Source: Chiloscyllium plagiosum (lineage: Eukaryota). Taken from it: a DNA stretch of 64,000 nucleotides. Shown here in pieces: positions 24,173 to 38,135 of this stretch. The translations under genes and the position numbers were made by a program. Where the stretch lies: the NCBI RefSeq assembly GCF_004010195.1, contig NC_057719.1, forward strand, positions 49,747,662 to 49,811,661, written 5' to 3'. Under the pieces are notes generated by a model. The model saw only the letters and a list, made by a program, of their open reading frames with translations, searched no databases and was not told where the DNA came from. The stretch's first letter is position 1. Every line of letters begins with the position of its first letter.

Positions 24173-26522
24173 GACCATCAGGCTTATTAATACAACTTGC
24201 TGTGAGTCACCTCATATGTAGAGAGATAACGTGACATTTCTTCAACACATATTTACATCAGCCTGGTGTCACACTGGGTAAAATCTTCTGAACCCTCTGG
24301 TGATGAGTCTGGAGGCAGGAATTAGGAAGGATGGTGGTGTATCTGAACAGTGGGAAGACCCCATGGATAACCATCCAGCCCTTCTGCCACTTGATGCCCT
24401 TAAGTAGCCAATTAAGTATGTGGGCTTGTTACAACGCAGTGGACACAACAGTTAAACTATACAGCCAGCTTTTTATCTCCCAGGGTGGTAGCCCTCAACC
24501 AAAAGCCTGATTGAGGGATTCAGCATCATGAAAGCGGAAAGTCACACCATTCCTTTGCTGCCCTCCTCCTTGCAGCTCTTTCTTTGCTCTAAGAAATGCT
24601 TCTCGACATTAATTTCCCTCTGGCATGGGACGCCAGAGCCTGTTGTTCCAACAGCATCCACTGCAACCCATGGCATTGTTATGCCAGCCCCCTGGTGGCT
24701 GGTAGCTCTTGATGGGTGAGCCGTCTGCCTCGGAGTCTTGGCTCTAGGGGGAGGTCTGTTACTGGTCTCCCCACTGCCTGATTGACTTGTGGTTCAGTAA
24801 GTCTTCTCAAAAGGGGAGAGCACATGACCCTGGCCAGCCTGCAAGAAAGACCCCAACCCCTGACACCTCAATATTCTGCTCAGTATATCAAATCAAACAT
24901 TGGTGCCAAAGTCTAATCATAGTGTTGACCAACTTTAGTTCGATGCAAAGCACTGGGTTTTCTGCATTACAAAGACTGAGAAAAGGACTGGCTGTACCTG
25001 CTTCCTGATAGAATAGAAACTTGAAGTCTAGAAGGCACAGGTTTTATTATAAACTGTAAAGATGAAACACCTTTGGCAAACATTTAAGTCATGGATTTAA
25101 TGGTGGGATCAGGGCTGTAGCAGAATTACAACTGCTGTGCATCATTCACTGACCCATTACCACTCTGTTGCCAATAAATACTGCAGCCTTTCAGCTAAAA
25201 AGCCTTAGTTGGGGAGCCTCAATATTACATGCAAATCAGGAATCTTAAGCTGCTTCACTGATGCAAGTGGAGGGATGAGGGAAGAGTACTTCCTGTCTAT
25301 TATCCACTTAGTTGAACTAGATTATTAAATAAGCAGCTTATTATTTTTGTGGACACAAGAGGAGTAGCTTTCAGTTAGCCAGCCCCTTGTTCCAGTGAGC
25401 TGCAGCATGATGCTCATTATACACCAGTGACATTATAATGGACACTGGAACTGGTCCAGGCATCCCACACACTGCATGCCCAGCCACAACAGAATTAAAT
25501 CTGCCATGGAGCATTAATACCTTGGAGTAAATTTGAAATAATAAGTTGAGGTTTTTGAAAAGCTTCTAGCCCAATTTTTCTCCAATGAATGGCACCTAAT
25601 TATTATAATGACCAGACTCTCATCAGTGTGGATCTGGGATATGAAACAAAATTAGCAATAACCTTATCCCTCAGGAATCAAGTTTGTAATTAGCAGTAGG
25701 TTTCATTTCTGATTATAAAGAATAAGAACTGGAAACATTGCCTTTCATGTAAGAAAAGAAAGTTGCTCTGGCCTTGGAAGATGGAAAGGAAAATAAATCT
25801 GAAACTTAAAATGGCAAGTGACATACCTAGCCTGTAAGACAAAGTGTTGATTTTTATGTGCGGCTGTATGGCATTCACTATAGAAATATTGGAAAATGAC
25901 TTTTTCCATTTATAGTCAATTATAGGGAAGTAGTTAATTTTGCTTTTTCTTTGTGAAATGCTTTAAGATTTCACCTTTAGTTTCATCAGCTTGTCAATTT
26001 GTGCCCTTACATTAGAAAAGTGCTCAAAACTGTGAAGCATTGTTTATCATTGCCACAAAAGGCAGCATATAAATGAGTCACTGCCATGCATTCTTAATGT
26101 TGTTTACAGGGCACAGGTCCCCAGTCTCCTGGCAAAATATTTGGGGGTCGTCCATAATCATGACAGCTTTCCTGCAGCAATTTAACACCCACATGGTGTA
26201 GGCCTCATCCTGTTTTTGGTAAAATACAGAATGAAGCTATTATGTTGCCATTAATTGACTACTTAAGGGTCTTGATGAGTCAAAGGGACAGATGGGTTGC
26301 CTGATGCCATCCCTTCACCCAGTAAAATCATCGGGTTAGGTGGGTAGGGGGTAGCAAGACCACCTGAAATTTACATGCAAACCACTTTCAAACCTGCTGG
26401 CAGTGAAATATAAAACCCACTTCCCCGGTGACTCAGTGGTTTTAATATAGTTGTGTAATAATTACCTTTTTTAAAATCAGAATTAGGTGAAGTGCTTTTC
26501 TGGATTTAATGTTATTGCCATC

Positions 26523-26900
26523 ATTAAGGGGTGGCATGGTGGATCAGTGGTTAGGACTGCTACTATTAGGGGTGGCATGGTGGCTCAGTGGTTAGCACTG
26601 CTGCCTCACAGTACTAGGGACCTGGATTCAATTCCACCCTCAGGCAACTGTCTTTTTGTGGCGTTTCCTCCAGGTGCTCTGGTTTCCTCCCACAATCCAA
26701 AGCAGTGCAGGTTAAGTGGATTTGCCATGCTAAATTGCACACAGTGTCCAGGGATGCGCAGGCTAGGTGGGTTAGCCATGGGAAATACATGACTTCAGGG
26801 ATAGGTTAGGGAAGTGGGTCTGGATGGGATGCTGTTCAGAGGGTTGGTGTGGACCTGATGGGCCAAATGGCCTGCTTCCACACTATAGAGATTCTACGAT
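26523..26900 (+). mobile_element. HE1 SINE with tandemly duplicated 5' head
   Basis: Two consecutive ggggtggcatggtgg(a/c)tcagtggttag heads followed by the body and tail. Confidence 0.9.
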
Positions 26901-29184
26901 GATATTCTATTCCAAGTAAATGTAAGGCCATAAGATGCACACATATACACGTAAGCAAATTTTAACTTAATATAAATTTAGCCAAAATTTCCTCAAGACC
27001 AAATAGTCAAAAATCATGAAACATTGCAGAAACTAACAAAAATTTTATTTTGAAACAGAAGTTAATGTATGAAGAATGTCAAACTTCTCAAAACTTAATA
27101 ATGAAGAATAAGGAATATAGTTTTTGTTTCCACTTTAATTTTCTCTTTGAAATGGTTTTATAATCTGCAATTGTTGATGCAATCAAGAGGGATTATTGAT
27201 TCGAACAATGTGCTAGAATTCAGTTAAAGTCTGTAATTAAAGCTTAAATGAAGTTGGGTGAAAGCTATTTGATTGCTAATATGAATTTAACTCCTTTATG
27301 TTCCTGAATTGTTAGCTACTCTGTTGTTTCTTTTCTTTTTAAGTTTAAGTTTTATTAACAAGTGTGCTGACATATAAACCTCAGGAAAGGATCAGACTCC
27401 CCAGCCACGGCTCACTGATCCTTCAACTCCTGCAGATGGTGAATTGCAGAATTCACTACAACAGCTTGGTTTCTGTGAGCATTTAGTTCTGAACAAGAAT
27501 ATGGCAAATAAATAATCAGATGCCGACTGTTGAGCTCTGATCTTTCTAAAGAAGAAAATGCCTCAAAAATTCAACATAAATACATGAGGTAATATTGCAA
27601 CATGACTAATTCCTTCATTGGATGATACAATCAGAATGGAAAAGGAAACCCTGCAAATGAAAGAAACAAACACTCGACAATGTTTCGCAAAGAGCCCTCG
27701 AAAAATAAATTATTTTAACCTATGATGCACGGGAGTAAGTAAAAGAGAATTTAAGTAAATGTTTAAAATGAAGAGCCGTACTGAGAGATAAGGAGCAAGC
27801 AATCTAAGGGACAGTGTGTATTCAAAGAATGGAGAGATACTTCAGACTGGAATCTCAATGTGCAGGTAGCAATATTAGCTTAAGGCACAAGATAGGGCAA
27901 AACCCTCCAAACTCAGGATCTGAAGTTAAAACACAATCCAAGGGACATAGCTCAAAAGAGAAGATTCCAAAGACAGGCCAAAGCCTCAAAAAGCTTTGAA
28001 AAAAAAAAGCAGAAGAAGAAGAAAACTCTGAAAAACACCCAGGAGGCCTTTGTACAAGGTTATAGAATGGGATGTCTCCAAAGGGCAAGAGAAAGAACGT
28101 CAGAAACTTCAAAGCCAAGCTAAGAACTGGCAATACTCTGAACCTTAAAAACATAGGATTGGAACAGTAAGAATGAAAAGCCAAAGCACTCATCTAGGTC
28201 AGTCAGGCCTGATTGTCCATAGGTAAGTTGCTTGCCTTTATTTCCACAATTTGATAATAGAGATGGTCCACAACAAGGCCAGAAATGGGAAAACTGGAAG
28301 CACCAGCTTCAGTTCTATAGAACAACTTCAGGCTTACACACAAGGCAGCAGTATCATTAAGTCAGCATGATTTTTTTTATGTGCTATAGATCTAATAGCT
28401 GATAATGCTCTGGTAAGACAAAGTTTGAAGAAGGTATTTAGTACATGATACTTTAACTAAAACACATGATAAATACCTTGGCTCCAGTCAAAACTTAACG
28501 ATAGAACATGTGAAATGTAATCAATGATCTCAGCATTCAAAGAATCAATTGGAGCCTTTGTAATAGATTTATATTGTCCTGCGTGATGTTGCGGATATGA
28601 AGCTTTGAAAGACGAATTAAACAGAGACTCTACAGTAATTGATATAAGGAAAGAGATGCTCTCAGACTTTGTTCAATCCAAGGAGGATTCATTGTTGAAC
28701 AGGCAATCTTATTCACAATGGAGGAAGAAATCAGGGGCCCAAATTGGTCACTCCTACAGGGAAACATCAAGAATCATTTGTCTCCCTCTGGAAAACCTGC
28801 CAAAATGTCAAAAGAGTGGAAATCAACATCATCAACTGCATGAGTTTTGCACACGATGTGGCTGTAAACATAATCATCAGCATAATGAACGTCCAGCAGG
28901 GAAAGCTGAGTGCTAGAAAGGTGGCCAGTTAGGAAACTTTTAAGTAAACAATACCTTGATCACATCAAAAAGAAAGAAAAATACCTACACAAGAAAAAAA
29001 AAGAGAAACCAAAATCATGCAACAAGGACAAAGTTCAAAAAGTTAACGAACCAAACAGAAGTAGAGGCAACATTCCCTGGGAAGGCTGACAAGCATTGGG
29101 ACAGGTTATGGACCAACAACTTGAAGGTACAAGGTGTTGAAACAGAATTTAGACTCAACAAAGGAGCAGCTTTTTCAATATAGC

Positions 29185-29292
29185 ATAAACAAAATCAAAT
29201 TGTGGCAGACGCTAGAGATTGGAAATAAAAATAAAAAGTGATGGAGAAACTTAACAGGTCTGGCAACATCTGTGGAGAGACTCTTCTTTAGA
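29185..29292 (-). mobile_element. Older Penelope-terminal-repeat-related short element
   Basis: tctccacagatgttgccagacctgttaagtttctcca motif (minus); related copies at ~36470, 41270, 54505 and 58455. Confidence 0.6.
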
Positions 29293-29457
29293 CCAGTCAT
29301 GGCAGACTTGTTATGGCTGAAGAATTTGAAATTTGGACCAGCAAACATAAAACCCCAAGGTTCAGGATGCACAAGATCTTCAGATACATGGACAAATCAC
29401 CATGAAACCTAATCGTAAAGGATGAAATGTCAGTGAAACACAACATACTCAGAAGAA

Positions 29458-29553
29458 AATGGGTCTGAGTGGGTTACTCTTCAGAGGGTCGATGTGGACT
29501 TGTTGGGCCAAATGGCCTGTTTCCATACCATAGGGAATCTAATCTAATCTAAT
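29458..29553 (+). mobile_element. HE1 SINE 3' fragment
   Basis: gtggacttgttgggccaaatggcctgtttcca plus (aatct)n tail. Confidence 0.85.
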
Positions 29554-31214
29554 CCATGAAAATTCAGCAGAAAGATATCAATTCATCTAGGTATCTTAGA
29601 GTTTGAATACTGTACTTCAGGGTGTAGGGGTAAAAATTTTTAAAGTTATTCAAAGGTTTATACAAAATAAATCAAGAGTATCAAATGACCCTGCAAGTTG
29701 ATTCTAAATCTATCTACTTGTATATTCCCAGGAAAATGTCTCATTCTTTGATGGTAAAATCCCAGGTAGCACCACAGTTGAAAGCTGGATCTTCATGCCA
29801 GTAACAGAACAGATACAATGCTCAGGGCTACTAACTGTTCTCAAGACAAATGCAGATCTCACTCAGTTAAACAAAGAACTTAGGAGGGAAATCCATCCCA
29901 TTTTCTCTGTCAATGATAGTTTGTCACAATTGACAACAAGTAGATTTTTAAAAAGCTGTAGACAAACAGTAGGTTCTTGCAGATACCCTTAGATCAAGTT
30001 TGCTGATGGCATTTATTGCACCATTCACATGATGTTGCTTCATTGTCTACCATTTGGGATCTCCTCCCCATTGGAGACTTTCAAAACGGTAACGTCTAGA
30101 ATCCTGGATGGAAAACGGGGAACCATTTGCTATTTTGGTTACATTCTAACACAGGATAAAATGAACACAACCATAGGCTCACTGATGTGTTAAAGACACT
30201 ATAGAGTGCAGACCTTACACTAAATGAGAATTGTCAATTCTCTACGTTCCTAGGCCCCATTATCTAAGAACAAGGTATCAGGTAGATCCAAGCAATACAA
30301 GAGGCATCTGTGAAGTTTATCTGCAATTAACCTGTGTTGCACAATCTAAAAGGGATGCTGAGAAAAGAAGTCAGCAGTTGTACTGGAGTCAGGAACTAAA
30401 TACAGCTTTTGAAACTTGCGTGGAATAGTTACTTTCTGTCGATATTTTAGCACATTACAAAGCAGGCTTATTCACTATTATAGCTATAGATAAATCATCC
30501 ATAGGAGTAGGAGCAGTCCTTATTCAAATACAAACTGACAGAATAGGAAAACTGGTCTATTTTACATTGAGAGCTTTGACAGAGACAGCGTGATAGAGGA
30601 AGAAATTCTAGTCTGTACATGGAGATGTAAAAGATTTGCAGACCACATTATAGGACTGAAATTCTGGGCTGAGACTGACAAACCAATGGTAAAATTATTG
30701 GGATTAAAAGAAATCTCAAAAACCCCAAAACAATTCAACCTGAATCTGATGAGATAGGACTCTGGTATCATTTATATTCCTGGCCAGGTGCCAGTAACAG
30801 TAGTTACACTCCAGGGCATGAGTGAATCACACAGCAAACACGGTCACTTTCTTCTAAAAGAAATGCAGCCACATTCTATGACTACAATTAACTATTTACT
30901 AGTGAATGAAGCAACACTCAGACAAATTTCTGCAGCTTAAGAATTTGAGAAAAAAATGTGTCAAGGTCAGCCAACTCTCTCTGCAAGAGTGATCAAAATA
31001 CAATCCAGTAGACCAAGTGTTGGAAATGTATCACTGATGAGGTCAGCATTCATTGTCCACCAAAAGACAAAAACAACACTCGACTTTGGTGGAAAACTTA
31101 TTGGTGTATGGCCATAGAATGGTTTCACCAACTTCAGTGTGAAGAGAAATCCTAAGAAATGCCACAGGACAACAATCAGTGTGGTGTATTTCGAAAGACA
31201 TATGGGTTACATTT

Positions 31215-33085
31215 CATCCAGGGAGTTCAGGACTAGGGATCACAGCCTAAGGATACAGGTCAGGTCATTTCGGACTGAGATGAAGAGAAATTTCTTCACC
31301 CAACCAGTGATGAGCCTGTGGAATTCTCTGCTGCAGAAAGAGGTTAAGACTAAAACACTGAATGTGTAAAAAATAGGTAAGTCCTCTGGGCCAGATGGGA
31401 TTTATCCTAGGCTTCTCTGGGAAGCCAGGGAGGAGATTGCAGAGCCATTGGCTTTGATCTTTATGTTGCCATTGTCTACAGGAATAGTGCCAGAAGACTG
31501 GAGAATAGCAAATGTTGTTCCCTTGTACAGGGGAGTAGAGACAATTCTGGAAATTATAGACCTGTGAGCTTACTCTAGTTGTGGGTAACTGAAAGGTTGG
31601 AAAGGGTTATAAGAGATAGGATTTACAATCATCTAGAGAGGAATACATTGATTGGAGTATTCAACACGGTTTTGTGAAGGGTAGGTCGTGCCTCACAAAC
31701 TTTATTGAGTTCTTTAAGAAGGTGGCCAAATTGGTGGATGAGGGTAAAGTGGTTAATTGGTGTATATGGATTTCAGTAAAGCTTTTGATAAGGTTCCCCA
31801 AGGTAGACTATTGCACAAAATACGGAGGCATAGGATTGAGGGTGATTTAGTGGTTTGGATCAGAAATTGGCTATCTAAAAGAAGACAGAGGGTGATGGTT
31901 GATGGGAAATATTCATTCCTGGAGTTCAGTTCCTAGTGGGGTACTGCAAGGATCTGTTTTGGGTCCACTGTTATTTGTCATTTAGAGAAATGACCTGGAT
32001 GAGGGCATAGAAGGATTGGTTAGTAAATTTGTGGATGACACTAAGGTCAGTGGAGCTGTGGATCATGACAAAGGATGTTGTAGGTTGCAGAGAGACATAG
32101 TTAAGCTGCAGAGCTGGGCTGAAGGGTGGCAATGAAGTTTAATGCAGAAAAGTCTGAGGTGATTCACTTTGAAAGGAGTAACAAGAATGCAGAGCACTGG
32201 GCTAACAGTAAGATTCTTGGTCATGTAGATGAGCAGAGAGATCTGGGTGTCCAGGTAGATAGATCCTTGAATGTTGCCACCCAGGTTGATAGGGTTGTTA
32301 AGAAGGCATATGGTGTGTTAGCTTTTATTAGTAGAGGCATTGAGTTTCGGAGCCATGAGGTCATGCTACAGCTGTATAAGACTCTGGTGTGGCCGCATTT
32401 GGAGTATTGTGTATAGTCTGGTCACCGCATTATAGGAAGAATGTGGAAGCTTTGGAAAGGGTGCAGAGGAGATTTACTAGGATTTTGCCCGGTATGGAGG
32501 GAAGATCTTATGAGGAAAGGCTGAGGGACATGAGGCTTTTTTCTTTAGAAAGAAGAAGGTTGAGAGATGACTTATTTGAGATATATAAGATAATCAGAGG
32601 GTTAGATAGGGTGGACAGTGAGAGCCTTTTTCCTTGGATGTTGATGGCTTGCACGAGGGGACATGGCTTTAAATTGAGGAGTGATACATATAGGACAGAT
32701 GTCAGAGGCAGTTTCTTTACTCGGAGAGTAGTAAGGGCGTGGAATGCACTGCCTGCAACAGTAGTAGACTTGCCAACTTTAAGGGCATTTAAATGGTCAT
32801 TGGATAGGCATATGGATGAGAATGGAATAGTGTAGGTTAGATGGGCTTCAGACTGGTTCCACAGATCGGCGCAACATCAAGAGCTGAAGGGCCTGTATTG
32901 CACTGTAATGTTCTATGTTCTATGTTTCAAGAGAAATTTAGTTATAGTTCTTCGGGCAAAAGGGATCAAAGGATATGGGGAGAAAATGGGAACTGTGTTA
33001 TGTGTAGGATAATCAGCCATGACTATACTGAGTAGCAGAGCAGACTTGAAGGGCTGACTGGCCTACTCCTCCTATTGTCTATGTT
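31215..33085 (+). mobile_element. CR1 3' fragment containing a nested younger CR1 (31367-32926)
   Basis: Outer FFTQPVMSLWNSL breaks at ~31366 and resumes at ~32927; the inner copy has SSGPDGIYPR, KFVDDTK, LVWPHLEYCV and a (gttctat)n tail. Confidence 0.9.
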
Positions 33086-33289
33086 TTGCTTCTTTCAAGT
33101 ATCATACAATAAAGTGTTTACGGAACCAACGATTTCACCAAGCTTTCAAGAAAGGCCATGAGAAAGGCTCGCTTTTGATTTATTTAATTTTAAATGGAAG
33201 GTATATTTCATCCTAATCAACTATTATTCAAGATGGATGAAGTGCCACAAGTTCATTCAACCAAAGCAGAATCAGTCATTTGTTTATAT

Positions 33290-33630
33290 TCATTAATTGC
33301 ATGAGTGTGTCACTGGCATTATTGTCCACCCCTGATTGCCCTGAGGGTAGCTAAGAGTCAAATACATTGTGGTGGATTTGATCACATGCCAGCGAGACCA
33401 GGTAAAGATGGCAGATGTCCTTCCCGAAAGGGTATTAATGAACCAGATGCACTTTCATAATCACTGGCAGTGGTTGCATGGTTACCATTCAAATAGCCTT
33501 TTATTTCAGATTTTTATTGAATTCAAATTTCACCATCTTTATTAATGGAATTCAAATTCAGTTTCCCCAGAACAGTGGTCTAGTTGTCTGTATTCCTAGT
33601 CCAGCAACATTACCATTAGGCCACCAACTC
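33290..33630 (-). mobile_element. Old tRNA-derived SINE (second family)
   Basis: Homologous to 34650-34945 and 22520-22820. Confidence 0.6.
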
Positions 33631-34649
33631 AAGTAGAGTATCAGAAAGCACATTTATGATACACAGTTACCCAGAAGAATTTGTATTGGATAACAGACCT
33701 CAATTTGAGAACGAGGAGTTTGGGAAGATCCCTTTAGCATCAGATATCAACCAGTTGACAGTTTCTCTATTCTATCTTCAGTGTGCTGTGTAGGATGATC
33801 AGCCAGGATCATATTGCATAGGAGAGTTGGCTTCAAGGGAGTGGAATAGAGAGTTGGGAAGAGAAACAAGACTGTGAAGTCACTGAAGCATAAGAATCAA
33901 GATTGGGAATTAGCCCTATTCAGTGACAAACCAAACTCATTGACCAGTGGAACTGTCAATGGCAAGAAGCTTAAAAATAGATGTACCAGTTTTAAAACAA
34001 AACCTCCGTCAAGACAATAAGAGTTTAAACAATTGAGAAAAGCTGCAATGAAAACCAATAGACATGGGGCAAAACTCTGTCAGCCTTCAAGCTTGGGCAA
34101 AAAGTCTGGTTAAGAGATAGGAAATCAGAAGCCACAGTCATCAGACTAACATTCAATTGAGTTCCAATATTATCAGAACACCTGAAGAGACATTTGGGAT
34201 CGACAGGAAGGTGTAAATTTTTTGCTAGCCCAGAGGTAGACCAAATGTAATCATCACAGGTGATGATGGGGCCAGTGAGTTGCTGATAATAGTGATAATG
34301 GAAGAATGATGTTGAGAAAGACATGACTGGTTATAAAGCCTGTCTAAAGACATAGATGTAAACTACTAGAATAATGTAAAGAACTAGATGGAACTTGGTT
34401 AGAAGTGTGTTATAATGAGATTGATAATCCAATGTCTACATGTGTAAATAAAGGAGTGTTAATATAAGTATGAAGTATTAAATTCTCACTTACTAATAAG
34501 GGGCAAGCAGCCTCAGGGACAGTGAACATGCAGACACCCACAGCCCAAGGTATTCCAAGCCAGCTATAGTAATGTGCAACTAGCAGCAAGATAAAGCACA
34601 TCCGAGATCTGCTGGCCAATCAGAAGCCAACAGTTTCTTAATTTTTAAA

Positions 34650-34945
34650 AATTCATTCATGGGACGAGGACATTGCTAGCCAAGCCAGCATTTATTGCCC
34701 ATCCCTAATTAAGAATCAACCACATTGATGTGGACCTGGAGTCACATGTAGGCCAGACCTGATAAGAATGGCAGATTCCTTCCTTAAAGAACTTAAGTGA
34801 ACCAGATAGGTTATTCCAACAATCAACAATGGATTCACAGTCATCATTAGATTCTTACTTCCAGATTTTACTGAGTTCAAATTGCACCATTTGCCAAAGT
34901 GGGATTCGAACCCGAGTCCCCAGAACATTATCTGGGTCTCTCAAT
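34650..34945 (-). mobile_element. Old tRNA-derived SINE (second family)
   Basis: Minus strand gggttcgaatccc B-box and gggatgggcaataaatgctggc tail. Confidence 0.7.
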
Positions 34946-35329
34946 TAACAGTACAGCAAAAAAGGCCATTGCCTTCCCAGTGTGCCAGCAGAGGTAGTTG
35001 CCAACAAGGTACCCATCAAGATCAGTGAGGGACCCATGTCACATATGAATGAGTGTGGTATAAGCATCATGGGACATGGGTGCTGGCAAGGAAAGGCAGG
35101 GTAGTTGGAATAACACGCACCCCCCGACCACCACCACCAACTCCCGATGCCAGGTCCCTCAATCAGGCATTGAGTTATGAGTGGCACCTCTGGATGTGAA
35201 CTAAGTTTGTTGCTATTCATTGTAATCGACAGTCTAGGCCGTGGCTTGAAAAATAAAACTCTCAGATTCAACAATCACACAAACATTGGCACATGGCTTG
35301 GCAATATAGAATAAAACAATTGTCTACAA

Positions 35330-35830
35330 CACAATTCACATAAATTGAACAGATGTGCTCATGTTTAACAGATGGAATTTAGTTTTGACAAGTGTCATGC
35401 ACATGGGACTATGTTATTCAAAGTAAAAGAAAATAAAAGATATATTTAGGTAGCTGGTTATCAACTGTTAATGGAGCACAATGTATGAGGTGGTTTTAGG
35501 CTAATAAAATGGGATTTAGGTTATATTTCTAGGAATGGTGAATGCAAAATGTTAGAATTGTAGACTAGGTAGGTGCACCGGAAATCAACCAAACCTTCAA
35601 ATATTTATTTGTAGTCATGGGCTTTGAAATTTATTTCAACAATTTAGAGAAATAAAGACTTAGGATGGTATCATTGATATTTCTAAAGTTGAATGTATAG
35701 GAATAAGAGAACATGAAGATGTGACTGTAAACCCCTTTGCCAAATAGATTCCAGTTAGATTCAAGGAAGCATTTTTTCCACATTATGTGATTAAAATGGA
35801 GTAACCACGTACCTAATTTGTCATGTTTGC
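35330..35830 (+). mobile_element. Very old CR1 remnant
   Basis: QMEFSFDKC-like and degenerate FF...V..W..LP motifs only. Confidence 0.4.
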
Positions 35831-36869
35831 AATAAAGGAGAATATCATTCACTGTTCTAAGTAGATAATTAGTGATTGTCAAGTTGACACATGGGCACAC
35901 AATATTAAGTGTAGCCTTACTCACAGACATTGTATTGTTCACATTTTCATCTAATAATTTACATATTGGCAATCTCTTTACCAAATGCAGAAATCCCTTT
36001 TCATAACATTTTGTTTCTTCAAGGAAAATAAAGATATGAAATGCCATTTAGCTCACAGAAGTACTAAGAATATGCTGCTAATTTACAGTCACAAGTTGAC
36101 TTGTTTCTCAGGGTGGATTTTAAATGACACGCTAAGGATTTTGTTTCATAAAAGTCAATGATATTTTTGGATTGTCATTTTACTGTTACATTATTTCTGT
36201 TTTGTTTATTTAATTTGTTGCTTTTCAGATTTTAAAAAATCTGGTTATTTTAGATAATTACTGGAGGTAGTCCTGTATTAATGGCTTGATTTTAGTCCTC
36301 CATGAAATAAGTAGTAATGTCACCCACAATTCAGGAACTTATAATTTACCCATCCTCATATTGTCTGTCAATGAAAAACAATATTCTCAATGTCCATATC
36401 TGCCTTAGGAAGATATTTTGTTCACAATTGTGCCACTGATAATTAGGGATTTAATTAAGACATTTTAAAAATAACAAAAAATGCTAGAAACACTCAGCAG
36501 ATCAGGCAGAGGAAATGCTGAATATAAAATTAATGACTATGCATACAAACTGCATTCTAATGTAATTGCTACTCTTAGACTAATTCTCTCTTTGTTCATG
36601 TAAGAGATGTACTTTGTACAGCATTTCCCAGTTTGCAAATAAACTGATGTCAAGTGGTGTCACCCAAACGTTCCCAAATATCATTCATGAAACACTGCAA
36701 TGTCTGTTTGTACTTCAAACAGGAAGATCAAAGCGTAATTATTACTCATCGATGAAAAGCTTGAGTAATGCAAAAAAAGTTTTGCGATCCTCATTACATA
36801 AAACAGTATTTCTATACCTACATTCACCACATAGCCTGCATATTCCCCTCTGTCCAAAAACAAGTTAAA

Positions 36870-38135
36870 CAGGAGAACTAGCCATTTGGATACAGAACTG
36901 GCTCAAAGGTAGAAGAGGGAGGGTGGTGGTGGAGGGTTGTTTTTCAGACTGAAGGCCTATGACCGGTGGAGTGCCACAAGGATTGGTGCTGGGTCCACTA
37001 CTTTTCGTCAAGATGTCTTTGTTCAGCAACAGTCCCTAAAAACTTACCATTAAGTGTATAAGTCCTACTAAGATTTGCTTTCCCAAAATGCAGCACCTTG
37101 CATTTACCTGAATTAAACTCTATCTGCCACTTCTCAGCCCATTGGCCCATCTGATCAAGATCCTGTTGTAATCTGAGGTAACCCTCTTCGCTGTCCACTA
37201 CACCTCCAATTTTGGTGTCATCTGCAAACTTACTAACTGTACTTCTTATGCTCACATCCAAATCATTTATGTAAATGACAAAAAGTAGAGGACCCAGCAC
37301 CAATTCTTGTGGCACTCCACTGGTCATCGGCCTCCAGTCTAAAATACAACCCTCCACCACCATCCTCTGTCTTCTACCTTTGAGCCAGTTCTGTATCCAA
37401 ATGCCTAGTTCTCCCTGTATTCCATCAGATCTAAACTTGCTAATCAGTCTCCCATGGATGACCTTGTTGAACGCCTTACTGGAGTCCAGACAGATCTCAT
37501 CTACAACTCTGCCCTCATCAACCCTCTTTGTTACTTCTGCAAAAATCTCAATCAAGTTTGTGAGACATGATTTCCCACGCACAAAGCCATGTTGACTATC
37601 CCAAATCAGTCCTTGCCTTTCCAAATACATGTACATCCTGTCGCTCAGGATTCCCTCCAACAACTTGCCCACCACCGACATCAGCCTCACTGGTCTATAG
37701 TTCCCTGGCTTGTCCTTACCACCCTCCTTAAACAGTGGCATCACGTTAGCCAACCTCCAGTCTTTCGGCATCTCACCTGTGACTATTGATGATACAAATG
37801 TCTCAGCAAGAGGCCCAACAATCATTTCTCTGCTTCCCACAGAGTTCTAGGGTACACCTGACCAGGTCCTGGGGATTTATCCACCTTTACCCATTTCACA
37901 ACATCCAGCATTTCCTCCTCTGTAATTTGGACATTTTGCAAGATGTCACCATCTATTTCCCTACAGTCTATATCTTCCATATCCTTTTCCACAGTAAATA
38001 CTGATGCAAAATATTCATTTAGTATCTCCCCCATTTTCTGCGGCTCCACACAAAGACCACCTTGCTGATCTTTGAGGGGCCCTATCCTCTCCCTGGTTAC
38101 CCTTTTGTCGTTAATGTATTTGTAAAAACTCTTTG
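36870..38135 (-). mobile_element. CR1 ORF2 fragment, 3'-truncated, ending in an inverted duplication
   Basis: 280-aa RT ORF 36998-37840 (NYRPVRL, QHGFVRGKSCLTNL, GVPQ, KFADDTK); 36870-37010 is a plus-strand copy of 37277-37416. Confidence 0.95.

Larger units (their letters stand above)
28300..34330 (+). mobile_element. Decayed Gypsy LTR retrotransposon internal region (gag-PR-RT-RH-IN) with nested insertions
   Basis: gag ALKDELNRD (~28600), protease FRLNKGA (~29150), RT DLTQLNKELRREIHP and LPFGISS (~29850-30070), RNase H IDKSSIGVGAVLIQ and ETDKP (~30490-30690), integrase PEEFVLDNRPQF (~33670), in Gypsy order. LTR pair not resolved. Confidence 0.8.

Noticed and set aside
27400..28300. Possible 5' LTR of the Gypsy remnant
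   Set aside because: No matching direct repeat found near 34.3-34.6 kb, and no PBS or TSD identified.
36998..37840. 280-aa reverse transcriptase ORF as an active or domesticated gene
   Set aside because: Truncated CR1 ORF2 with a frameshift just upstream and no 3' end.
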